This document shows, in pieces, positions 53,601 through 64,000 of a DNA stretch of 64,000 nucleotides. The stretch covers positions 2,358,001-2,422,000 of the forward strand of contig CM052818.1 in the NCBI GenBank assembly GCA_028534125.1. The letters are read 5' to 3'. The notes under the pieces are model-generated. The model worked only from the letters and a program-made list of their open reading frames with translations, was not told the origin of the DNA and did not search any database. The translations under genes and the position numbers were made by a program. This stretch comes from Lama glama (Eukaryota). Position 1 is the first letter of the stretch; every line of letters begins with the position of its first letter.

Positions 53601-55861
53601 GCATGCATGGAGGAGCCTTGAGGTGTCGTACGGGTATTATAATCAGGTAGCCAAAGGAGGGGCTTTATGGGCCCCATTATGGGCCAGCTGGTGATGGAAG
53701 ACTTTCCAGAAGGGTGTTATGCTCTGAGTAGTGTTGCCCTGAGACCAGAGCCTTCGGTGTAATCATTCACCAGTCTGGCTCTGGCCGGGAGAAGGAGGCC
53801 GAGCAGGCCTATATGCTGCAGGGAGGCCAAATTTGGACATGGGTTAAGAGCCTGGCCAACGCAGGAGGCGGACGTGGCCAGGGCTGGGGAGGGAGGGACT
53901 GCGCTCCCCATGACTGCCTGGCAGTGACTGTGATGACTGCGAGTAGGGGTTCATTTCTCCCCAGGGACGGAGGAGCCCCCCCAGAGGAGCCAGATCGCAG
54001 GCAGAGGGGCAGGACTGCAGATGCTCCACAGACAGCCCTGGGGGCTGAAGTAACGACAGGAAAGGAGCCCCACCAGCGGTGCTTCCTGTGGGTTAGAAAG
54101 TGCTTCCCCATTCATTATTCATCCTTTCCTTTCTCTTACAGGATTCTGAGCCTGACCAGGGCTGGGGGTGGTGTAAGGGGGGAGGGGGACCATGAAGTCT
54201 GAAGCAAGTGTGTGTGTGTGGAGGAGGTGGGGGGGAGTTGGTAGGCGGGAGATGCACTCAGAGAAGATGGAGGAAAATCTAGTTCAGGCTGAGTGGACGC
54301 CAGAGCAGACAAGACTCCTGAGAACAGAGGCAGGGGCCCCAAGGCGGCCCTTCTGGCCTTTCATTTGTACCCTGGGCAGCTCTGGGGTGGGGTTCACAGA
54401 GCCTGCTCAGCCCTCAAGGGGGGAACCTGTGCTGGGGGAGGGGCAGGAGGCCGCTGCTGAGAGCACAGGGTGCCTGTCTTCCCTCTGGCAGCAAAGGTCT
54501 CCTCCCTGCCCTCAGCAGGGGGGGGTGGGGAGGGGGGATGTACTGAGTGAGCGGTGCTCTCTGGAGTTCCGCAACTCGACGCCCACGGCCCTCAGCCAGC
54601 CTGCTAGTCCCAGCTGTGCAGGTGAACCACTGGCTGGGCTGCTCAGAGGATGCCGAGGAAGTGTGGAAGTCCCCCACGGGTGCCCTCCTTCTCCCCCTGG
54701 AAACACCTTGACAAAGCTCATTTCCTGAGGCAACTGTGGGAAACTGGTTCAGAACAGGTCAAAGCAATGTGATAGGAAACAAGCAGAGCTGGAGTGTCAC
54801 CTCCCACTCCACACCCCCACCCTCGGTGCACACGGCCTTCCAAGCCACCCATCCATTCAGTGACTCCTTCTTGAGAAACCCCAGATCCCCACACACTCAG
54901 GAACGTGTGTGTGCGCACGCACCTGATATGACACATCTGTGTGTGCTGTTGTGGACACATGCCTGCATTCTCTGAGCCTCTACTTCTTGGAACTTGCAGG
55001 TGTCACCTGCACTTCCGGTATGCATGTGTCTGGGAGCATATGTGCACATGGGCATCTGGGAAGAGGTCAGTCCAGGAGCTCACGAAACTGAAAGGGAATG
55101 TCTGCTGGATGCCCAGGGACCAGCCAATAAAATGATTTCTGGAGCCCTGGGATGTAGCCAGATCTCCGGGGGAGAAAGGGAGTGACAGGTGATAGAGGCT
55201 GAGTGTGAACCCCTAGGGTGGGTGTACAGATGGGTTTTCACTCTCTTGCCCTATGGTTCTTCTCTCCCATCATGGCTCCAAACCCACAGACCCAGCTGTG
55301 TAGATCCCAGCTCTCACTCAACCCCGAAAGGGTCCCAGATAACTAGACAGAGCCCAGCCCGCACCTCCTGGAGAAGCCCAGTCAAAACAAGAAAAGACCT
55401 TCTTGCAGGAGGTCTCAATCTGTTAGAGCAGGTGCCCCCTGCTCAAGGAAGCCTCAATCTGTGCACAGAGATACTCCATCCAATTTAGCATGTGGGTAGC
55501 CCCTAACAGGCTAAAATTCTCCCATCCTGTGCCCAGAACAAGGGTAGGATCCCTGGACAGGTGGGCGGTGCCTCTGCCTCCAGCGGCTGCCTGCCTGCCA
55601 GCCCAGCCTGTGATACAGAGCAAAGGCCGAGGAGAGCCGCCAGGCCCAGGCGGGGGAAGAGAGCTGGATTATAAATAGGCCCGGGACCAGCCTTCCGGGG
55701 AGAGGAGGGGAGCCCTGCGGTACAACGCTCTGCAGCCCACAACATGGAAAGGCCTCTTTTAAGAGATCCAGAGAGCGCAGGAGAGATGCTGACCTTGCCT
55801 TCCGGACCCCCCTTAGCCCTAACCCGGGCTCAGCTTCCAGGCCCCAGGCAAGCATCGCTCA

Positions 55862-56820
<959 letters not shown>

Positions 56821-57779
56821 TCGTCTGCATGTAAAAACAACACATGCTACTTTTAGCACTGCAGCATAAAAGAAATCGCCAAGTCTGAGAAATACAGTAT
56901 TAATATTAGAATATTTACCAAGCCAGGCTTTTTCCTGTAAATCGCATGCGTATATGTATGTAAATTACAGTATTTATTGTACACCTTAGATCAGAATGTC
57001 TGCATTTTTCTGTGCCCTGCTTTTTCATGTCACATTTTTTTTGCATCATTACAAATTCTTTATGAAGTTTTTTTCAGTAGCTACATACTTTTCTATCATA
57101 TGAATATATTAAATTCACAAAACTTTCTCCTATTGCTGCACATTTAGGCTGTTCCCATTTTCTTACCAGCGGAGTAGTAAGAAATTATTTTTTATGTAAA
57201 AACTGGGTTATAAACCCCCCTTGAGTCCCTCTACATGTTCCTCAAATGAGATTCCCGGCTTTGGAATTACCAGGGCACAGAACATGCCTTTTTTTGGCCC
57301 TAGTACCTGTTGCTAAACTGCTTTCCGGGAGCTATGTGGACCTGCTCTTAGCAGTTGGGTGACTCACCTTCTAAAGTGGGCCACTTGGATGAGTGTAAGT
57401 GTGCAGCTGTCAGCAAAACTTCTCCTCCGCCAGCAGCCCAAGGGGATAGCACACTCTCCCAGGGCAGGAAGAGTCAGCCACTGACAAGGGGCTGGCTTTG
57501 CCCCATAGGAAGGTACCAGGAGGGAGCAACACTCCCCCAAAGGTCTGGGATTTTAGGATCAGAAGAGCAGAAATTCCCTGTGGTCACTTATGGTCCTCCT
57601 GCTGCAGTCAGTGCCTCCTCTTTCCTCTGCCTCTAGCACAATATGTGGTTGGGTGGAGAGAAAAATGAGGGGGCTTAAATTTCATCATTCAGTCCACATG
57701 CATGTATGGAGTCTTACAACATGCCAAGCACAGTCCTGGGTGATGGGGACACAATGGTGACCAGAAGCGACATGGTCCC

Positions 57780-58185
57780 TGCTATGGGCTGACTTGTGTT
57801 CTCCCCAAATCTGTACATTGGAGCACTAACCCCAGTTAAGAATGTGACTGTATTTGGAGACAGGGCCTTTAAAAGAGGTGATTAAGTCAAAATAAGACTG
57901 TTGGAGTGGGCTGTAATCCAATGTAACCTGACAGGTTTTCTGAGAAGAGGAAAGTTGGGTGCACGGAGGGACCCCAGGGGCACAAGCACACAGGGGAAAG
58001 ACCGTGTGAGGACACCACGAGAAGGCAGCCATCCACGTGCCACAGAGAAAGGCCTCAGAAGAAACCGGACCTGCTGAGCGACACATGGATCTCGGACTTC
58101 TAGCCTCCAGAACTGTGAGGAAATACATTTCTGTCACTTAAGTCACCCAGTCTGTGGTGTATTGTTATGGCAGCCTGAGAAAACT
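57780..58185 (+). mobile_element. MLT1 (MaLR) LTR inserted in L2
   Basis: tgctatgggctga...gaatgtgactgtatttggagacagggccttta...gacttctagcctccagaactgtgag...gttatggcagcc. Confidence 0.85.
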
Positions 58186-59211
58186 GAGTCCTTGACCTTA
58201 AGGAGTTTCCACTTAAGTGGCGAAACTGACACTTTCCAAAGAATTAAGCCAATCTTCCATCGTTGCAGTAAGTGTGATAAAGGACAGAAAATGGTGGTGC
58301 GTGAGAGCAGATAGCAGGGAGCCCTCATCCAGTCCGGGGACAGTGACAGCTCTTTGAGATGAGATCTGAAGGCCAGTTAGGAGTTCACTGGGCAGGACTG
58401 AGGTTGGGGCAGAGGACAAGAGGGCTCTAGAGAGAAGGAAGGATATGCTCTGGGTCAAGGTCCTGGGAAGAGAGAGGGAAGAAAGAACATCCTTACTGGA
58501 GTGCAGGTTTGGGGAGGGAGGGCTGGAGGATACATGAGGCTGAAGAGAACCACCCAGGCCTGTGGGGAGCTGCCTGAGGCCCGCCAAGTCCCTCAGAGGG
58601 ACAGGATCTAGTTTACTCTTCAGCGCCTCCCTCTGGCTGCTTTTTGGAGAATGGGGTGCAAGGGGCCGGAGTGGAGATGAAGAGGCCAGTTAGCAGCTAC
58701 AGCAGAGGGTCACTTGATGGTGACTTGGCCCAGGGTGGTGAAAGCGGGGATGGAACATAGTAATGCTGGGAGGAAGTGGGAAGGCTGTTCTGCAAGGCAG
58801 GTGGAGCAGATCAAGTTTCTTGCTGCTAAACTTGGACATGATGTGTTGCTGGAGGGAAAAAAAAACCTTTGACTTGGATGGAGTACTTGGCTGGTGGATT
58901 GATTCATTTGTTTAACCCATATTTATAGGGTGTTGTGTATGTGGTAGGAGTTTTTGAGATTCAGAGTTTTAGAGCAGAGTATCAAGGAGGAGTAAAAGTT
59001 AATTTCATCGGGAAGGAGGGCAAGAGGCCCTGTTGATCTAGGGGAAATCCAAATTATGGTTTATTTTTAAAGAAGTACAGTTGGGCTGTACTCCAATGCA
59101 TAAAGAAACATGAACCTTCTGTAAGACAGAGCTAAAACTGGATCTAAGAAGCACTGAACTGCTTGCAAATACAGCGTAACTAAAGTAATTTGAAAAGAAC
59201 CAGTTTTCTCT

Positions 59212-59364
59212 TATATATAGAATAGATAACACGGATCTACTGTATAGAACAGGAAACTATATTCGATTTTTTGTATTAACACATACTATGTATACATATA
59301 ACTGAAGTGCTTTGCTGTACACCTGAAACTAACACTGTAAATCAACTACACTCCAATAAAAAAT
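59212..59364 (+). mobile_element. Short L1 tail insertion with 14-bp TSD
   Basis: aaccagttttctct at 59198 and 59365. Confidence 0.85.
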
Positions 59365-60650
59365 AACCAGTTTTCTCTAAAAGTTAAACATCCCCCTTGC
59401 AACTTCTTTACTTATTTATTCATGCAGCAAGTTCTCTTCAGACTTTTTATGCACAGCCAGGTCTGAACAGATACGAACTCCTAGTGGAAACGTACTCCAA
59501 CTTTGTTCCTCAGTATGTAGCACATGTTTCAGGGCGTCTTCTCTATTTAAATGAACCATGTTCTCTGAGACCACCCCCTGGCAACAGGGAAAGACACATG
59601 ATTCAAGCTGAACCCATCTGAAGATCTCTTCAAAGAATTTGGAATTGGGACTGAGAGATGCTAGGTTCTGTGTGTGGCTGGAGCTGAGATGAATAAAATG
59701 GGGGCTCGTGCCACATGCGGGGAGAAGTGGAGAAAGTTCTGCAGAGATAAAGAACTCATACATGGGGTGATAGGGGTGGGAAGGGGGAGGGAACAGGGAA
59801 AAAGAGACCCTTCTTGTTGTTTCTGGATCCCATTTCTCATGAGTGTTTCTGCCCATAAATTCTGAGATGGCCCTGGAGGTGAGTCTTCGTCATTTTTGGC
59901 TCCCAGCTTTTAACTTCTCCTTCCTAAAACGCCCTCATGCCGCTTCTTGTAAGTGGTCACAGGGAGCGGAAGTACCTGCCTTCCTGGAAGCTTCAGAGCC
60001 AGGGCCTCCCCCTCCCTGTCACCATGCAGCATGGCCCAGACTCAGCCAGTTGGATGCTGTCTCCCAGGACTTGAAATAAGTCCTTAAGGAGCTTCAGGAA
60101 GTCAGACATGGCAGACGCAGTGACAGCAAATGACCAGCTTTTTCATGCTCTAGGATGAAGGATCACAGCCGTGACTCCCACTGCCCTGAGTCCTGTCCAT
60201 TTCCCAAGCTGAGCCTGGCAGCTTCCCTCCATCCTGTGAGCACCCAGAGCTCTCCTGTAATCCTCTCTTGATCCGGACACCCCGGCTTGGTTGCTGCTGC
60301 TAACACCCAAGAATCCAATTGACATGCCCAGTGTTTTTAGAGTGAATCCTTCTACATTTTGTTTAGGGTAACTAAGCATAGCTCTGCTTCTTGCTATGAA
60401 ATAACCTTGGCACCACTAGTGTCGTATTTCAACCTACCTCCTCTCCTTTGGAACTATGATTGGGACCAGACTAAGAAAAAGGGACTAGAGAATATGAGGA
60501 CTTAGAGCCTTGATGTAACCCAGAAAATTCCTTGGAGGATAAGGTGAAGTCTAGGGATGTGTGAGTGTGTGCGTGTGTGTGTTATTGTCAGGGGGATTTT
60601 TGTGGGCTGCGGTCCATCCCCTACTTGGGGCATCATGAAAGAATAACCAT

Positions 60651-60695
60651 CAGGGCTGCCATGTATGGTTGCACAGGTAGTGCACTGAACAATGA
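60651..60695. mobile_element. MER91-like DNA element fragment
   Basis: cagggctgccatgtatggttgcacaggtagtgcactgaacaa. Confidence 0.5.
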
Positions 60696-61624
60696 TACAT
60701 GGTGACCCTCATAGACCACAGCCATGTCAAAGTCAGGATCTACAGCTGGAGGTACTAAATAGGCAGTCAGTTAGCTTCAGCTCAGGAAGCCCCCGGAGAG
60801 GAATTCTACTCTGTAGATAGCCTGGGTGACATGCAGAAGTTACACAACTTCATGTAGCTAAACTTATCAGTCCTTTCCCTTATGGCTTCTACCTTTGTTG
60901 TCTTGGCAAGTGAGCCTGCTTCACCCCACAGTTATATAACGACTTACCTAGGTTTATCAAGATTTGCTTAGATTTACCTGTATTTACCAGTTAAGTTCAT
61001 TCAATTCTTAAAACTCTCTCCAGAGTTAACAGTTTGGCTTCTTCTTTGGGAACGAAAGTAAGTAAGTAGAGTCCAACTTGGGTGATCTAAGGAAAAATTA
61101 TTTGAACCTTCAAAGCCTATCTTTGCTTCTATGAACTCAGGTCTTCTGGGCAGAGGAATCCGATGGGTCAGCTGTACTGGGGGCAGAAAGTGGGGATGGT
61201 AACTGTGTTAGCTCCCAGTTACAGTATGACCATTGACAGATTTAATATCTCTGAGCCTTAGTTTCCTCAGCTGTAAGATGAATACAATCACAGTTTATGG
61301 TGAGGATAAAATGAGAATAAAATGTATGCAAAGCACTATTTTAGGGTCTTCCAAAATCAAGGGTGCCTCTCTTCTCTGGCCTTGATAGGGTTTTTGTTTT
61401 CTTTTATCACAGCAGGTAAGAAAGTATAAAACATCAGGATACAGGGGCTGCTTAAAATATTTTATTGATCCTTTATTTCCTATCAAATGCAGAGGTGACT
61501 GTCCCTGCCTTCTGCTGAAGGTGAGATTCTTCAATTGTCTAGATTGTCCAGGGCCCTGGGGTGGTCTGGCCTTGCTAAGTCTTTGGGGGCTGACAACAGA
61601 GAGTGCCTACTTTCCACAGCCAAG

Positions 61625-62077
61625 TGTGGTTGTCAGAAAAATACCACACAGAGATCTCTTCAATTCTGAATCCCCAGAACCCGTGAACATTACTTTATAC
61701 AACAAAACATGTGATTAAGTTCAGGATCTTGAGAAAGGGTGTTTATGCTGGATTCTCCCTGTGGACCCTGAATGCAATCATGTGTACCCATATTAGAAAG
61801 AAGCAGAGGGAGATTGGACAGGTGCACACACAGGAGGTGATGTGAAGATGGAGGCAAAGACTGGAATGATGGGGCCACAAGTCAAGGAATGGCAGGCAGT
61901 AACCAGAAGCTAGAGAAGGCAAGAATGGATTCTCCCCCAAAGCCTCTGGAGGGACTGTGGTCCTGCTGCCACCTGGGTCTTGGACTTCTGGCCTCCAGAA
62001 CCGTGAAAGAACATACTTGTTGTTTTAACCACCACAGTTGCGACAACTGGTTGGAACAGCCATGGGAAACTAATACA
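61625..62077 (+). mobile_element. MLT1 (MaLR) LTR
   Basis: ccagaagctagagaaggcaagaatggattctccccc...ttggacttctggcctccagaac...ggaaactaataca. Confidence 0.85.
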
Positions 62078-63540
62078 CTGAGTCTCTGACGATCGAAAAG
62101 TCTCAGACCACTTTTACGACTTTCTGTTTCAAGGCAGAAAAGAAGGGCCAGCTCTCCAATCTCACTGTAACACCCACAGACAAGCTTGATACTATTTTCC
62201 AGTAAAAAATAGAAAGAAAGAAGGAAAGTAGCAACAGATTTTAACAGAAGAGAGAATGGTGTTAATACTACACGATTTGTACGTCCTCTGCCAAACAGAT
62301 CTCTGCCAAGCTTGCTAAGAGCCACAGACCCCAGTCACACCCTGGTCATCTCGTCTGCTCTCCCCGAGGAGGAAAACTCATGGTAGTGTCAGAAGGTTTC
62401 AATTATCTACGAAAGGGACCTTCCCAAGAATCTACCATAATAAACATTTAGTAAACACTCAATAAATAGAAACTATTTTTATCTGTTCAGGCATGGCTGA
62501 TATACTGAAAAGGTATGTGCTCAGAATGGAGGGTAGGGGGTTCCTGTGGCCTGAAATCCCCCCTGTAAGTCCCACCCTGAGCAGGGAGTGGGGAGCAGCC
62601 CGTCTGCTGAAGTGCAGGGAGCACGGCCCTGGCACTACGGAGCAGGGTGTCTTGTTCGCGTGGTCCTCCTTTTGAATCAATTCCAAAGGATGAGGAGTCT
62701 CTGGAGAGGATGAAGGAAAGCCTGCGCGCACGCATACACAGACACACACAAATGGAGTAGGCACGTGGGGGAGAGAGAACAAGAGTGGCTTCTGAGGAAG
62801 CAGGGAGACCCAAATTACGGTGATGGAGGGAAAGCCTAGGAATTCAACTTTGTCCAAAGTGAGACTGTCTCATCTTCTAAAAGAGGCTATGACATCCCAG
62901 GATGTTCCAGTCTTAGCAAATGTGAGGACACCTGTTCCAGGCCCCACCCAGCAGAGAAGAGGCAGGTCCTGATGATGGACAGTTCCCCGTCATTCATCCA
63001 TCCATCAAAGAGGTACAGAACGAGGGCACCGGCGGAGCTGATGTGAGGGGTGCCTGCCGTGTGTCCAGGGCAGAGAGGAGCCAGAGAGCTTTCTGAAGCT
63101 TACACACCAAAGGACTCCTGTTGTTTCCTGGGAGACACTACCAGAGAGGCCTAAAGAATATTTCCAGGAGTTAAAAGGGCAACAAATCAAACTGGTGGCA
63201 TTTTTGGTGTGTCTTCCTTGGCTGAAGGCTGAGACTTTGGAAATGGAAGACACCAAGAGAAGTGAGTATCTGACTGATCAGTGTCCCTTTAAGTGTGGTC
63301 GCTCTGAAGGTCTCCTGCATCAGAATCTTTGGTAGAGTGGAGACACTCGGGTTCCTCGGCACTCCTAGACCTAGGGAATCAAAATCTCTGCAAATGGCCC
63401 AGGAATCTAGCTTTTATTATAACTCCACTGTTATTCTTATACAGAACAAAGACCAGGAAACACTGACCTATGCAGTGTAGAGTCAAAGAACAGGCTTTGG
63501 CTCTTTGGATCCTAACCTCAAATGCCAAGTGAATGCACTC

Positions 63541-63688
63541 CTTTTAAGAAAAATTTATTTTTCAGTTTATTTGGGGGCAGGGGGAATTGGTATTTATTTA
63601 TTCATTTTTAAGGGAGGTACTGGGGATTGAAGCCAGGACCTTGTGCACCCTAGGCATGCACTGTACCCCTGAGCTATACCTTCCCCTC
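63541..63688 (-). mobile_element. Vic-1-like SINE with 11-bp TSD
   Basis: tgaatgcactc at 63530 and 63689 flanking a reverse-complement SINE. Confidence 0.9.
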
Positions 63689-64000
63689 TGAATGCACTCT
63701 TGAATCCAACTGGAGTGCATTTCACAAGGACTGAGAAGGCTGTTTGTCTGGAGATTGGCTTCAAGAGGGAAAAAGGAGGATTGGGAGGAGGGGTGAGGGA
63801 GGTAATATTGAGCTAAAAACTGTAAAACCAGTAGGACGAGAAAAGGACAATGGCAGCAGTGTGACAGGAGGACTCAGAGTCAGACTACCTGGATTCATAC
63901 CTGACTCTCTTTATCCTCTGGCTGTGCAGCCTTGCGCATGTTACATTCCATTCCTGGGCCTTGGTTTCCTTACTGGCGAAATGGATACTGTAGGAGTATC

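Overview
Mammalian genomic DNA containing the 5' part of the dysferlin gene (DYSF) on the minus strand. The species is most likely a camelid, inferred from repeated Vic-1-like tRNA-derived SINEs. I traced the gene by hand through canonical GT-AG boundaries: two alternative first coding exons (exon 1 at 56059-56146 and exon 1a at 45246-45336, each in its own CpG island), exons 2-10, the 93-nt cassette exon 5a, the first 23 nt of exon 11 (the rest falls in a 500-N assembly gap) and exon 12. The gene continues past position 1. These exons encode the C2A domain, the linker, C2B and the FerI/C2C start. Introns and upstream DNA are rich in ERV/MaLR LTRs, L1 3' ends, L2, MER DNA elements and SINEs, several nested with visible target-site duplications (TSDs). 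I found no new gene system. The best leads are regulatory: two 12-codon uORFs in the exon 1 leader, an orphan intronic CpG island with an overlapping STAT/ETS site, an intronic MEF2 site, an intact-looking antisense solo-LTR promoter and a nested LTR cluster. Repeat family names and human comparisons are from memory and need database confirmation.
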